Positions 28,916-39,802 are shown, counted from the first letter of the stretch. The stretch: DNA of 64,000 bases from an uncultured Gammaproteobacteria bacterium (GCA_964348895.1 CAYGEH010000001.1:246610-310609); one strand, 5' to 3'. Notes: generated from the sequence alone by a model not told the origin. Numbers and translations are program-made.

Positions 28916-29950
28916 ATGATAATTTTGGGCATTGAAACTTCTTGTGACGAAACTTCGGTGGCAATAGTCAAAGACGGTCGCCAAACGCTATCCATCACCA
29001 CTGCTTCGTCAGAGTGGTTACATCAAAAGACTAGTGGCATTGTTCCCGAATTAGCCGCCAGAGAACAGCTTTCCTGTATTCTTCCAGTTTTAATAGAGAC
29101 TCTGGTTCAATTTCAACCTAAAATAAAACCACAAAAAGCCCTAGAAAAAATTGATGCCCTAGCGGTTACCTCTACTCCAGGATTAATTGGTTCGCTGTTG
29201 GTTGGGATAGAAACAGCCAAAACCCTAAGCCTGATAACCAACAAACCTCTTGTGCCAATCAATCATTTAGAGGCTCATATTTTTGCTAACTGGCTAGACA
29301 AAAAGCCTGGCCAGTTTCCTCAAATGCCAGCCCTGGCTTTAATTGCCTCTGGTGGTCACACTGAATTAGTTTTAATTAATAAAGCCAAGAAAAAATATCA
29401 GTTTTCTTTTCTTGGTGGTACCAGAGATGATGCCTCTGGAGAATGTTTTGACAAATGTGCCCGAATCTTGACTTTGGGTTATCCAGGTGGACCGATAATT
29501 GCCAAAATCGCCGAGAAAGCACCAAGAAAACTGATCAATAGCCCTCCTTTTAGGCTTCCTCGACCAATGGTTAACCAAAACAACCTTGATTTTTCTTTTT
29601 CTGGTTTAAAAACTGCTGTTGTTGATCAATTTCGAAAGCTTCAACAACAAAACCTTTTAGATGAAAAAACCAAAAGTTTCTTTGCCTGGGAGATTCAAGA
29701 TGCCATTACTGATTGCTTGGTTAAAAAAACTATTCAGGCCATTCAGAAGCACTCTGTTGGGTCGTTGCTTTTGGGTGGGGGGGTTACTGCCAACCAAGTA
29801 TTAAGAGAAAAGTTTAAAGAAGAAGCCAAGAAGTTAAACCTTAACCTTTTTATTCCTGAAATTCGCCACTGCACCGATAATGGTGCCATTGTGGCCGCCG
29901 CTGCTTATTTTAATTATTCTCCTCTTCACTGGTCGAAAATCACGAGCTAG
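28916..29950 (+). CDS. tsaD: tRNA N6-adenosine threonylcarbamoyltransferase
   Basis: N-terminal ILGIETSCDETSVAIV Kae1/TsaD signature. Confidence 0.9.
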   Translation: MIILGIETSCDETSVAIVKDGRQTLSITTASSEWLHQKTSGIVPELAAREQLSCILPVLIETLVQFQPKIKPQKALEKIDALAVTSTPGLIGSLLVGIETAKTLSLITNKPLVPINHLEAHIFANWLDKKPGQFPQMPALALIASGGHTELVLINKAKKKYQFSFLGGTRDDASGECFDKCARILTLGYPGGPIIAKIAEKAPRKLINSPPFRLPRPMVNQNNLDFSFSGLKTAVVDQFRKLQQQNLLDEKTKSFFAWEIQDAITDCLVKKTIQAIQKHSVGSLLLGGGVTANQVLREKFKEEAKKLNLNLFIPEIRHCTDNGAIVAAAAYFNYSPLHWSKITS

Positions 29951-30219
29951 TTATTTTAAAAAAAGCGTTTTGAATTACCATTTAAGTATTAAAAAATTTT
30001 TTCGACCTCGTCTTAAACCCTCAGTGTTTTTGTTTTTACGATTAACTTAACAAAAAAATTTGGCAAAGAAAACAAAGAGTGGTAAAAAATAATTAAGCTG
30101 ATATAAAAATTATCACTTTGCCCTCATTTCAATCATTGTATAATGTTGGTGTATAACTAGTTTTAGTCTTGAAGGACTAAATAGCCTAAAGTTTCACCAA
30201 TCTGTTTTCTTTGACAAAA

Positions 30220-32496
30220 ATGGATAAGCACTATCAACCTCAAAAGGCCGAAAAGGAGCTTATTTCTCTTTGGGAAAAAGGCAAGTATTTTACACCTAAG
30301 GTTAATCCAAAAAAAAGGCCATTTTCTATTATTCTTCCTCTTCCTAATGCCAACGACCCCATGCACATTGGTCACGCCTTATTTGTTGTTCAGGACATTA
30401 TGTGTCGCTACCAGCGAATGCTAGGTCGGCCCACCCTTTGGCTTCCAGGCAGTGATCATGCCGGTATTGAAACTCAATTTGTTTTTGAAAAAAGGTTGGC
30501 TGAAGAGGGAAAAAGTCGATTTGACTTTGACCGAAATACTCTTTATCAAAAAATTTGGAGTTTTGTTGAGGAAAATCGACAACTGAACATTAGTCAAATG
30601 AAAAGACTGGGTTTTTCATTAGATTGGAGTCGATATCATTATAGCCTAGAACCAAAAATCATTGATAATGTTTTGGCTGTTTTTAAAAAGCTATATCAGG
30701 ATGGCTTAATTTATCGAGACAGCAAGATTGTTAATTATTGCACTCATTGCGGGACTGCTTTTTCTGATTTAGAAATTGATTATCAAGAAAAAGACGATCA
30801 GCTTTACTTTTTGGACTATGGCACGATCACCATTGCTACCACTCGACCAGAAACTATTTTTGCTGATGTGGCAGTGGCCATTCACCCAAAAGATTCTCGC
30901 TACATTAAATTGCTTGATCAAAAAGCCTTGGTTCCCATTATTAACAAAGAAATTCCCATTATTGCTGACGAACTAGTTAAGCCTGATTTTGGTAGTGGCG
31001 CCTTAAAGATTACTCCCGGCCACGATCCAATTGATTATCAAATTGGTCAAAAACACCGTCTGCCCAGTCTTTCCTGTATTGACTCAGCGGGAAAAATGAT
31101 TAATGTTCCTAAAAACTTTGCTGGTCTTTATCCAAAACAGGCTCGTCAAAAAACAGTTGAAGCTTTAGTTAAAACTGGAAAGTTAGTCAAAGTTCAGCCT
31201 CTTCGTCATCTCGTCGGTTTTTGTTATCGCTGTAAAAATGTTATTGAACCCTTGCTTATGCCACAATGGTTTGTCAAAATTAAACCTCTGGCTAGTCCTG
31301 CTGTTAGGGCCGCTAAAAGTGGTCAAATTAAATTCTTCCCTCCTCGATTTAAAAAACAATTTCTTGACTGGTTAATCAACATTCATGATTGGAACATCAG
31401 TCGACAAATAGTTTGGGGACCACAAATACCCGCCTGGTATTGTCTTGATTGTAATCCTAAAATAAAAATTAATTTCTTAAATAACAATCAGCTAATCACC
31501 AACACCTATGATCAAATCAAAGATAAATACTCTTTTGCTAAAATCAAGGCTGGCCTTCAATCTCTGGTCGCTCCAGTAGAAACCAAATTTATTCTTGATA
31601 AGCCAGATCGCTGCCCTGATTGTGGTAAAAAACATCTTCTTCAGGAAACAGACACTTTTGACACTTGGTTTTTGTCTGGTCAATGGCCCCTAAACACTCT
31701 TGGTTTCAACTTTGTTAACCCCCAAAAAAGCAAGCCTGATTTCAAATATTTTTATCCTACTTCTGTTTTAGACACAATGTGGGACATTCTTTTTTTCTGG
31801 GTCGCCAGAATGGTTATGTTTGGGATTTATCTTGCTGGCGATGTTCCCTTTAAGTTGGTACACCTACATGCTCGGGTGGTTGACGAAAAAGGTCAGAAAA
31901 TGAGTAAAAGTAAGGGTAATGTCGCCAATCCCTTAATTATGGCTGAAAAATATGGGACTGATGCTTTAAGAATGTCTTTGGTTTATGGCATTGCTCCTGC
32001 TAGTGACTTTGTCATTGCAGAAAAGAAAATTGAAGCAATGCGTAACTTTACCAACAAAATTTGGAACGCTTCTCGGTTTATTATAATGAATCTAAAAGAT
32101 TCTAAGAATAAAACTAGAGACCTACACAAGCTACAGCTTGCTAATTACAAAACCAAGAATCAAGATGATCAAAAAATTCTAAAATCACTAGAAGCAACCA
32201 TTAATAGCGTAACCAAGCACATTGACAACTATCGCTTTGGTCAGGCAAGTGAAGAAATTTATGCTTTTTTCTGGCATGAATTTTGCGATATTTACCTTGA
32301 ACAAACCAAGGACCGCCTTTATAACCAAGCCAATTCTGACGACAAACAAGAGGCTTTGTCGGTTCTGCTTTTTGTTTTAAAAAGTAGTCTAAAGTTAATT
32401 CATCCCTTTGCTCCCTTTATTAGTGAAGAAATTTGGACTAACCAGCTGGGTGAAAAAACTCCCCTAACGATTTCGTCTTGGCCAAAAATAAAGTAA
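30220..32496 (+). CDS. valS: Valine--tRNA ligase (short form lacking the C-terminal coiled-coil); the track start at 30211 is a TTG, ATG at 30220 is more likely
   Basis: HIGH-type PMHIGHA, WLPGSDHAGIETQ (ValRS-typical), KMSKSKGN. Confidence 0.75.
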   Translation: MDKHYQPQKAEKELISLWEKGKYFTPKVNPKKRPFSIILPLPNANDPMHIGHALFVVQDIMCRYQRMLGRPTLWLPGSDHAGIETQFVFEKRLAEEGKSRFDFDRNTLYQKIWSFVEENRQLNISQMKRLGFSLDWSRYHYSLEPKIIDNVLAVFKKLYQDGLIYRDSKIVNYCTHCGTAFSDLEIDYQEKDDQLYFLDYGTITIATTRPETIFADVAVAIHPKDSRYIKLLDQKALVPIINKEIPIIADELVKPDFGSGALKITPGHDPIDYQIGQKHRLPSLSCIDSAGKMINVPKNFAGLYPKQARQKTVEALVKTGKLVKVQPLRHLVGFCYRCKNVIEPLLMPQWFVKIKPLASPAVRAAKSGQIKFFPPRFKKQFLDWLINIHDWNISRQIVWGPQIPAWYCLDCNPKIKINFLNNNQLITNTYDQIKDKYSFAKIKAGLQSLVAPVETKFILDKPDRCPDCGKKHLLQETDTFDTWFLSGQWPLNTLGFNFVNPQKSKPDFKYFYPTSVLDTMWDILFFWVARMVMFGIYLAGDVPFKLVHLHARVVDEKGQKMSKSKGNVANPLIMAEKYGTDALRMSLVYGIAPASDFVIAEKKIEAMRNFTNKIWNASRFIIMNLKDSKNKTRDLHKLQLANYKTKNQDDQKILKSLEATINSVTKHIDNYRFGQASEEIYAFFWHEFCDIYLEQTKDRLYNQANSDDKQEALSVLLFVLKSSLKLIHPFAPFISEEIWTNQLGEKTPLTISSWPKIK

Positions 32497-32555
32497 GAGA
32501 TTTCTCAAGTCTTAATTTTTTAATTATTAAAAACTTTAAAAAAGGAGGTGAAAAA

Positions 32556-32816
32556 ATGAACAGAATTCAAGTTCAAAAAAAAGATGGCCGAATCGAGGAC
32601 TTCAGTCAGGAAAAATTATTAAAAAGTCTTCTCGGAGCGGGTGCCACTCAAGACCAGGCTCAAGTAGTCGTTCAAGAAATAGAAAGATGGCTAGGTGATC
32701 TTTATTCTGAGGAGATTGTTGAAACCAAAATGATTAGAAATAAAGTCATTGGTTTCTTAAACGAAAAAAATCCTAGAGCCGCAAAAAGCTACCAAGAATA
32801 TAAAAAAGAGGCTTAA
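32556..32816 (+). CDS. Stand-alone ATP-cone domain protein (start at the ATG after a GGAGG RBS, not the track start 32478)
   Basis: IQVQKKDGRIEDFSQEKLLKSL... ATP-cone; AAAGGAGGTG RBS 6 nt upstream. Confidence 0.6.
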   Translation: MNRIQVQKKDGRIEDFSQEKLLKSLLGAGATQDQAQVVVQEIERWLGDLYSEEIVETKMIRNKVIGFLNEKNPRAAKSYQEYKKEA

Positions 32817-33682
32817 GTTAAATATTTCTTGGCGACAAGGGCCGTGACTTGGGCTAAGTCATCAGCATTGTAAAAGGTTTCTCTTTGCTTAAACAGCTCT
32901 TGAGAGGCCTTTTTGAATAGCCAAACTGCCACCGCTGAAGAAATTAAAGGAGAAGTGGTTTTGGCTGATAGAGCCATTACTAGTCCTGCCAGGACATCTC
33001 CTGTTCCACCTTTTTCCAGTCCTCGGTTACCGCCTGAAACCACCAAGTATCCCTCTCTTGAGGCAACGATAGAGTCTGGATTTTTAGAAATAATCAAACA
33101 GTTGTTTTCTTTAGCTTTCTGGCTAACAACCCTAATTTGATCGTCTAAAGAAAGAAGATTTAAGTTTTCACCAAAAAGCAAAGCAAACTCTTCGTTATTG
33201 GGAGTAATAATTGATTTGGGAGGAAGGGTTTTTTTGTCGATTACCTGAAGAGACCCAGCATCAATTACCCAAGGAAGAGAAGAAAATTTTTTTAACAATC
33301 TTTCGGTAATCTTCTTTGTTTTTTTTCCTGCCCTTCGATCTGGCTTTTGATAATATTTTTTGGCTTGTTTTTGCTTGAAATAACGCATAAATCCTGGGCC
33401 AATCAGGGCAATATCGACTGAAACTAAATAATCATCAACCTGATCAAAGGGCGCCCAAATAAAAGCAAAAAGCCTGCTTTTGGCTTCTTGAGCAACCCGA
33501 AGCAAATCTTCTTCTGGAGAAACAAAAAAAACAGTTTTGTTGAATCGAGAGGCCACCTGAAGACTCAAAAGAGGCGCCCCATGAAAAAGGCTGGAGCCAC
33601 CGATAATCATTGACTCCCCAGTTAAAAAATCAGCTTTTTTCAAAAAGTCCTTAATTTGGTCTTCTTCTAAACGCTTAACCAT
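32813..33682 (-). CDS. nnr: ADP-dependent NAD(P)H-hydrate dehydratase (YjeF C-terminal carbohydrate-kinase domain)
   Basis: GGTGDVLAG signature. Confidence 0.8.
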   Translation of the reverse strand: MVKRLEEDQIKDFLKKADFLTGESMIIGGSSLFHGAPLLSLQVASRFNKTVFFVSPEEDLLRVAQEAKSRLFAFIWAPFDQVDDYLVSVDIALIGPGFMRYFKQKQAKKYYQKPDRRAGKKTKKITERLLKKFSSLPWVIDAGSLQVIDKKTLPPKSIITPNNEEFALLFGENLNLLSLDDQIRVVSQKAKENNCLIISKNPDSIVASREGYLVVSGGNRGLEKGGTGDVLAGLVMALSAKTTSPLISSAVAVWLFKKASQELFKQRETFYNADDLAQVTALVAKKYLT

Positions 33683-33749
33683 TCTTCTTTAGAAAATAAG
33701 TTTAGCAAAAAATTTCTCTATTACCAAACTTTTTTTTAGTTTAAAAGGA

Positions 33750-34445
33750 ATGTTAAAATTAAACTTAATGACTGATCCAAAGAAGAAGACCGCTAAGGTT
33801 AATAGGGTTGTTAAGAAAAAAATTTTAAAAAATTTTTTCTTAAAAAAACAAAAATGGGCTAAGAGTAAACTTGGCGACAAGCTGATTTGGAAAGAAAGAT
33901 GGTCAAGCTTAGGCATTAAATTACCGCAAGTTTACCGCAAGTTTACCGCAAAAACAAAAAAAATTATAACTTTATTGCTTTTCGTTGTTATTTTTGCCAT
34001 CAATTTTATTCTTCCTGCCAGTCAAGAGGAAAAAACCAGACAAGCCTTCTTGGCTCAACCCAATGTTTTTAATAATCGGATGAATATGATTAGGGTTCTT
34101 ATTAGCAATGGTTACTTTGAAACCGCCAAAAAAGAATTAAATAAAGTTGGTAGTCCTGAATTTTTAGCCGAACAGGAAATGATTTACTGGCAAGAAAATT
34201 ATTTATTTTGGGCACACGCTTCGCCCCAAGGACAGAGAATGTTAATCAATAATTGGCAAAATTTTTTAGAAAAATACCCTGACTATAAAATTGGCTGGAT
34301 TTATCTTGGTTATTTTCAGCTTTTAAATGGAAAAGAAGAAGAAGCCAAAAGTTCTTTCCAAAGGGCTAAAAAAATTGATCCTAGTTTAGAAGAACAAATA
34401 AAAGAACTTAGCGAAAGAACATCAAGCCTAGCAACTAGTCAATAA
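33750..34445 (+). CDS. TPR-like repeat protein with N-terminal TM; contains an 11-nt x3 tandem DNA repeat at 33920-33951
   Basis: TPR-like helical repeats in the C-terminal half. Confidence 0.45.
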   Translation: MLKLNLMTDPKKKTAKVNRVVKKKILKNFFLKKQKWAKSKLGDKLIWKERWSSLGIKLPQVYRKFTAKTKKIITLLLFVVIFAINFILPASQEEKTRQAFLAQPNVFNNRMNMIRVLISNGYFETAKKELNKVGSPEFLAEQEMIYWQENYLFWAHASPQGQRMLINNWQNFLEKYPDYKIGWIYLGYFQLLNGKEEEAKSSFQRAKKIDPSLEEQIKELSERTSSLATSQ

Positions 34446-34580
34446 AACTAAAGTCATACTTTTTTAGTGATGGCAAATACTAACAGCAATGGCTTTTTTG
34501 GGGTATTTATAGCTTCGAAAACTAGAACTTCTCTTGAAGATTAGGAACAAAAAAACGAAGAAGATGTTTCTTTGTTTAAG

Positions 34581-35258
34581 TTATCCTGCTTTATTTTCTT
34601 CTTTTTCTGATTTCACTTGTTCAGGCGATCCCTCTTCGTCTTTCTTTTCTCCCTCGCCAATCACTTCCGGCTCCTCTGTGGGCGCCACTACCTCTTCTTT
34701 AATGGGGGTTTCTATTTTTGCTACTACTTCATTTTCGTTCGCTTTAATAATAATTCCTGAGCTAAGTTTAAGATCAGAAACTCTAATGACATCGTTGATT
34801 TTTTGCAAAGAAGAAATGTCGGCCTCAAGACGATCGGGAAGTTCTTCTGGTAGGGCTTCTACCTCCACCTCTAGAAGGGTTTGGATTAAAACACCCTCTC
34901 CTCCTTCCGCACCTGGAGCTTGACCAACTAGCTCGATGGGGACAGCTACTTGAGTCTTCTTGGTCAAATCAACTTGCCGAAAATCAACATGAAGAATTTT
35001 GTCAGTCACTGGGTCAACTTGAATATCTCCCACTAGAACTGGACAAGCAGTTTTTGCTTGACCAACAAATAAGTCAATCAAGCCGCTCTCCCCAGTTTTT
35101 TCAAAAATAGAGAAAAAGCTTTGATAGTCAACCTGAAGTCCTTGGGACTTAATTCCTTGACCATAAAGGTTAGCGGGTAAAATCCCCTCCCGACGCAAGG
35201 CCTTAACCTTACGACCAGTAACAATTCTTTCGTCAACAACTAATTTTGGTCTTACCAT
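34581..35258 (-). CDS. rplY: 50S ribosomal protein L25 / general stress protein Ctc (long form with acidic C-terminal extension)
   Basis: N-terminal RxxxGKxxxxxLRxxGxxPAxxYG L25 signature. Confidence 0.85.
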   Translation of the reverse strand: MVRPKLVVDERIVTGRKVKALRREGILPANLYGQGIKSQGLQVDYQSFFSIFEKTGESGLIDLFVGQAKTACPVLVGDIQVDPVTDKILHVDFRQVDLTKKTQVAVPIELVGQAPGAEGGEGVLIQTLLEVEVEALPEELPDRLEADISSLQKINDVIRVSDLKLSSGIIIKANENEVVAKIETPIKEEVVAPTEEPEVIGEGEKKDEEGSPEQVKSEKEENKAG

Positions 35259-35386
35259 AACGAGAGTATTTTAACTAAAAAAAGCCAAGAAAGCAAATGA
35301 TAATAAAAATAGTGTTTTTCTTTCTTTTTGTTTAGCCTCTGTGTTTTTCATTTTTAGGCGTTAAAATCTTATTATTAAAATAATAA

Positions 35387-38380
35387 TTATGGCTCTCCCC
35401 ACTCAAACTCAAATAAACGATTTCGATCAAGAATGTTTCGATAAGTAATTGCACCTTGAGAAATTTCTCCTTCTGGAGAAACAATTAGCGGCAACCAACT
35501 GTTTGGATAAGAAATCAAAGTAATGTCTTCATCCCAAGTTGTTCCGGCCTGTTTTTGAACTAAAAATGCCAATTTTTTTCTATTTTCTCCAAATTGATGC
35601 TCTATTTGGTAATTAACCTCTATTGTAATTTGTGAGTTAATCGGCACCTCAATTAGTTGACTTAAAACTTTTTTCCCCAATTCCTGATCAGTTCCCAAAT
35701 CAAGCACCTGTCTTTGGCCAACATTGTTTTCTAAAAAAGCTCCTTGCAAAACTGCCTCCTTGGGTAAATAAAGTCGCCAAAAATTCCTGTAGGTTCCCGC
35801 TGGCCAAATTTCGGTTTTAGCTGTGTTTTGCCAAGTTAGTCTTAGAGAATGATTAACCTGACTATCACTTATTCCTAATCGTTGAACTAGTCTTTTTTTA
35901 AGAAAGAAATTGGCTTTATTGGCACCAACGTTGGTATCAACGCTCCATAGATAATTTGACAAGCAGTTTTCTTGCGGACAAACAACTTCTTTAATACCAC
36001 CATCAAAACCCAAAGTCATTACCTGTTCCGCCAAAGAAGAGTCAGCAAAATGAATCATAATTTCTCCCGTTAACAAAGATTGCTGTAAAGCCAAAAATAG
36101 TGAGGTTGGTAGATTTTCTCGACGTTTAATTTCAGCCAAAATTTCAAAAGCAAGACTGCCTAAGAAATCTTTTTTTTGAGTTGAACCAGGAAAGAATCCA
36201 ACATCAGAATGGTATTCGGCTCGTTCAAATAAATTTTGGGCGGTAATTGTTTCTTGATAATCAGGCAAATAAACCCCCCCCAAAGAAGACAGAATTTTTT
36301 CCACTACTCGCAAGTTAATGGCAATAACCCCATCTGCCCTTCGGTCCAGTTGCTTTTCCCAAAACCACAAAACCTGACGGGCGGTTTTAGGGAAATCTGG
36401 CGACCAATTAGAGTCTCTTAAATACCAGGTTTCTTCACCTAGATATCTTTCTAGGGTTTCTGGTGGTTCAACTTGGCCCTTTAATTGACCATCAGCCTCA
36501 TAAACATCTTTAACGCTAAAATCAATCAACCGACCAGATTGAAAATTCATTATCCCCAAAGAGCCGATAAAACCCCCCGTTGGTCGTAACTCCATATTGT
36601 TTTGTAATAATAAAATTATTGTTTGTTGGTCTTTAGACAGAAAATCCGCCAAAAGGGGCAGCGAGTCTAGTGTCATCTTGGTTGCTTCAATTGCTGTCGG
36701 TAGTTGATCTAAAGACTCCCCAACTAAAGAATTGGGCAATCCTTTTCCTGTTGCGGCAGCATTAGTTAGCTTAAAATAAGCCCTTTGCGCCGAACGCTGA
36801 CTAGCAGTAATTAGGTCGGAAAAATTTACTTCTTCAAGGCCAATAACTGCCCTAAAGACCTTTTCTAGGTTCTTAGCCAAGTCAGAAAAATAAACAAAGG
36901 CTTCTGCCGATTCTTGTCCTAAGGCTAAAACCCTAGTCGCTCCAGATAAGCTTTCATCACCAAGAACAAAGGCTAAAACTGGTGCCAGCCTTCCTGAGAC
37001 ATTTTGAGCTAAATAAAAATGTCTTTGGGCTACTTGAGAGGCCTCTTGACAATCAGACAGTTGGTTGGCCAAACAAAACTTTTGAGCTCGATTCAAGTGA
37101 ACAATACCAAAAATTAAATCTTTAGCTAAAAAAAGTAAGGGGGATAGAAAAATTAATAAAATTAGTCCGCCCAGTCCAGCAAACAACCAGCGCCTATTGC
37201 CTTTGCCAAGCTTCGTCTTTAAATTATTATCGAGCTTACTTTGTTCTTTTCTTTCTTTCTTTTTAGTGCTTTTTGTTGTGCTACCAATCTCTAATTCGGT
37301 GATTGAAAAAGAAACTTCTGTTTCTTTTTTCGGCTCTGATCGGCGAGAGAGCCATAATCCCTCATTGTTATTTTCCTCATCAGCCAACAAAGGGGTTTCA
37401 AATTTTTTTGCTTCGATTGGTTCTGTTTTAGTTTCTGCTGGAGGCAAAGGCTCGATGGTCTCGATCTCGGTTTCTCTCTCTTCTTCCTGTGTTTTGTTGA
37501 GAGAGTCAATCCTAACTGAGGGGCTGTCAACAAAAACAGTTTTTTTGTTAATTTCTTTAGTCTTCGAAAAACCATTGGCAGATAGCAAGCGGGAAACATC
37601 AGGGCGGTTGAGCCAACTTATTGTGGCCAAAACTGCTTCTGAGTGAGAAAAATTTGTCTTCCATCCCAATTCCTGTTGAGACAGAACTACTTCTTTTTGA
37701 TAGTTAATTCTGGGCGGAGATTTTTGTTCGTCAAATTTAATTTCTAAATCGCTAAACTGGTCCGACCAAAGCTTAGCAAAGGAAAACAGGGTAATTTCTT
37801 CTCCAGCAAAATAAAAAATTTGACCCTGTGATTGAGGCATAAACAAGGCTGAGGTTAAACCTGCCACTAAATCTTTAATAAACAGAGGGTAAACCAAGGC
37901 CGACCCATCTCCAGCCAAGCGAATCCGCCGTCGAAAGAAAATATCGCTAATCAACTTAGTTGTCCAAGAGGGGTAATTTAAATCTATTCGTGGCCCAAAA
38001 AATCCATCGGCACAAACAAAGCGATAGTTGATCGCTCGTTTATGCGCCTGATCAAAAACATTCTGATCAAGTTCCTGGCCCCAAAAAAGCCAACGACTTT
38101 CAGAAAATTGATCTAAATAACCAGACCAATCACTGGTTAAACAGAAAACATAATTAACTTCTTCTTCGATTCTTGTAATTTTCTCTGTTGCTTCAAAGTT
38201 TCTCCCCCCCAACAGATGAGAAATGTTATTTTCTTTTAAGACATCAAACTGATCAAGACAAATAACCCGACAACCTTGAGCAATTAAAGAATCACACAAA
38301 TAAGAACCAACTGCACCAGCTCCGCCTAAAATCAAAGCAAGAGGGTTTCCGTTTTGAGAAGAAATCGCCGCCTTCATCAA
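35387..38380 (-). CDS. Fusion protein: N-terminal NAD-dependent epimerase/dehydratase-like Rossmann domain, charged low-complexity linker, central TM, C-terminal DUF4012-like extracytoplasmic domain
   Basis: GxGxxG LILGGAGAVGSYL. E/K/T-rich linker. TM RWLFAGLGGLILLIFLSPLLFLA. C-terminal region resembles DUF4012. Confidence 0.5.
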   Translation of the reverse strand: MMKAAISSQNGNPLALILGGAGAVGSYLCDSLIAQGCRVICLDQFDVLKENNISHLLGGRNFEATEKITRIEEEVNYVFCLTSDWSGYLDQFSESRWLFWGQELDQNVFDQAHKRAINYRFVCADGFFGPRIDLNYPSWTTKLISDIFFRRRIRLAGDGSALVYPLFIKDLVAGLTSALFMPQSQGQIFYFAGEEITLFSFAKLWSDQFSDLEIKFDEQKSPPRINYQKEVVLSQQELGWKTNFSHSEAVLATISWLNRPDVSRLLSANGFSKTKEINKKTVFVDSPSVRIDSLNKTQEEERETEIETIEPLPPAETKTEPIEAKKFETPLLADEENNNEGLWLSRRSEPKKETEVSFSITELEIGSTTKSTKKKERKEQSKLDNNLKTKLGKGNRRWLFAGLGGLILLIFLSPLLFLAKDLIFGIVHLNRAQKFCLANQLSDCQEASQVAQRHFYLAQNVSGRLAPVLAFVLGDESLSGATRVLALGQESAEAFVYFSDLAKNLEKVFRAVIGLEEVNFSDLITASQRSAQRAYFKLTNAAATGKGLPNSLVGESLDQLPTAIEATKMTLDSLPLLADFLSKDQQTIILLLQNNMELRPTGGFIGSLGIMNFQSGRLIDFSVKDVYEADGQLKGQVEPPETLERYLGEETWYLRDSNWSPDFPKTARQVLWFWEKQLDRRADGVIAINLRVVEKILSSLGGVYLPDYQETITAQNLFERAEYHSDVGFFPGSTQKKDFLGSLAFEILAEIKRRENLPTSLFLALQQSLLTGEIMIHFADSSLAEQVMTLGFDGGIKEVVCPQENCLSNYLWSVDTNVGANKANFFLKKRLVQRLGISDSQVNHSLRLTWQNTAKTEIWPAGTYRNFWRLYLPKEAVLQGAFLENNVGQRQVLDLGTDQELGKKVLSQLIEVPINSQITIEVNYQIEHQFGENRKKLAFLVQKQAGTTWDEDITLISYPNSWLPLIVSPEGEISQGAITYRNILDRNRLFEFEWGEP

Positions 38381-38547
38381 CTTTAATGATAACAGAAAAG
38401 AGCCTTCTTTTTTAATTTTTTTATCTTGATTTTATTGTTGATGTTTTAATTTGCCCTTGTTATTTTTTTATACCAAAAAATCAAACAGTCCCGCCAATAA
38501 TCTAATAGATCATAAAAACAGTTGGAGTCTTGGTGTAAAATGAGGCT

Positions 38548-39792
38548 ATGAGTAACACTTCCTTGGTGGCAAAAAATACTTTTTGGCAAGCCCTTGGTCG
38601 ACTTGTCATGTTAATTTGCTCTCTTTTAGCAGCTAGTTTTTTAACTCGATTTCTTGGGGTGGAGTCTTGGGGTAATTATATTTTTATCACTAACATTATT
38701 TTAATAACTTTCAATTTAGCTGATTTTGGCACTGGAACTATCACCATCAAAAAACTGGCAGAACCAGAAATTGACCTCAAGAAAAAACGTTTTATTCTCA
38801 ATCAAGCCTTAACCTTGAAAATATTTTTTTCCATTGTCAGCCTAACGGTTTTAACTGGATTAGTTTTAACTCTAAATCAGTTTCAAAATATTGAGATTTT
38901 AACTTTATTTGCCTCTTTAGCGATTATTTTTTTAACCTTAAGAACCCTAGCGGAAGCCTTCTTTATGGCAAATCTCAATTTTGTCGCCAAAGCAGTTTTT
39001 GAAACTAGTGCCTCAATAATCTCAATTACTGGCATTGTTTTACTTGTTCAGGTTTTTGGTCAAATTAACTTAAGCCAAGCTCTAACTGTTTGGATTTTTT
39101 CGGCCGCCACTAGCACTCTGGCTGCCCTTGCCTTTTTATATAAACAAACCTCTTTTTCTTTTGCTCCAACCAAAAAAGGATTAAAAAGATTTTTAGAACA
39201 ATCAGCTCCATTGGGAACAAGACAGTTAGTTTTTGCTCTATATGATGCCGGTATTGACAACTTTTTCTTAAAAACCTTCATTGGTTCTGGTGCGGTTGGA
39301 CTTTACGGCCTGTCATACAAAATCTACACCAATCTAATTTTGGGGGCGGCTTTTTTTATGAACAGCTTATTTCCAATCATCCTCAAAAAACACCCAAAAC
39401 AACTTTCGAGTATCCTAAAGCGTGGGGCTCTATCGCTGTTGTTGGGAGGGTTATTAATTAGTTTATTAACCGCTATTTTTGCTCCAATTGTCATTGGCTT
39501 AATTGGTGGTGAAGCGTTTATCCCCTCTATTCGCGTTTTACGAATTCTAGCCCTAGCCTTAGTTTTTGGTTATTTAAATCATTTAACTGGCTACACTATG
39601 ATTGTTTTGGGAGCTCAAAAGCAACTACTTCTCTTTTCTTTACTAGCCCTGACTATTAATTTGGCTGGCAATTTGGTTTTTATTCCAAAATTTGGCATCA
39701 ACGGCGCCGCTTGGGTTACGGTTGCAACCGAAGGATCAATTTTGATTACTACTGGTATTTTTTTGATCAAAAAGCTAAAATCAAGCTCGTAA
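38548..39792 (+). CDS. Polysaccharide biosynthesis protein / oligosaccharide flippase (Wzx/MOP superfamily)
   Basis: About 12 predicted TM helices, Wzx-like N-terminus. Confidence 0.7.
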   Translation: MSNTSLVAKNTFWQALGRLVMLICSLLAASFLTRFLGVESWGNYIFITNIILITFNLADFGTGTITIKKLAEPEIDLKKKRFILNQALTLKIFFSIVSLTVLTGLVLTLNQFQNIEILTLFASLAIIFLTLRTLAEAFFMANLNFVAKAVFETSASIISITGIVLLVQVFGQINLSQALTVWIFSAATSTLAALAFLYKQTSFSFAPTKKGLKRFLEQSAPLGTRQLVFALYDAGIDNFFLKTFIGSGAVGLYGLSYKIYTNLILGAAFFMNSLFPIILKKHPKQLSSILKRGALSLLLGGLLISLLTAIFAPIVIGLIGGEAFIPSIRVLRILALALVFGYLNHLTGYTMIVLGAQKQLLLFSLLALTINLAGNLVFIPKFGINGAAWVTVATEGSILITTGIFLIKKLKSSS

Positions 39793-39802
39793 GGGCCAAA
39801 AA

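Noticed and set aside
36236-37646. Plus-strand ORFs 36236-36421 and 37197-37646, minus-strand 37291-37599
   Set aside because: Inside the 997-aa epimerase-DUF4012 gene, in its low-complexity linker; spurious.
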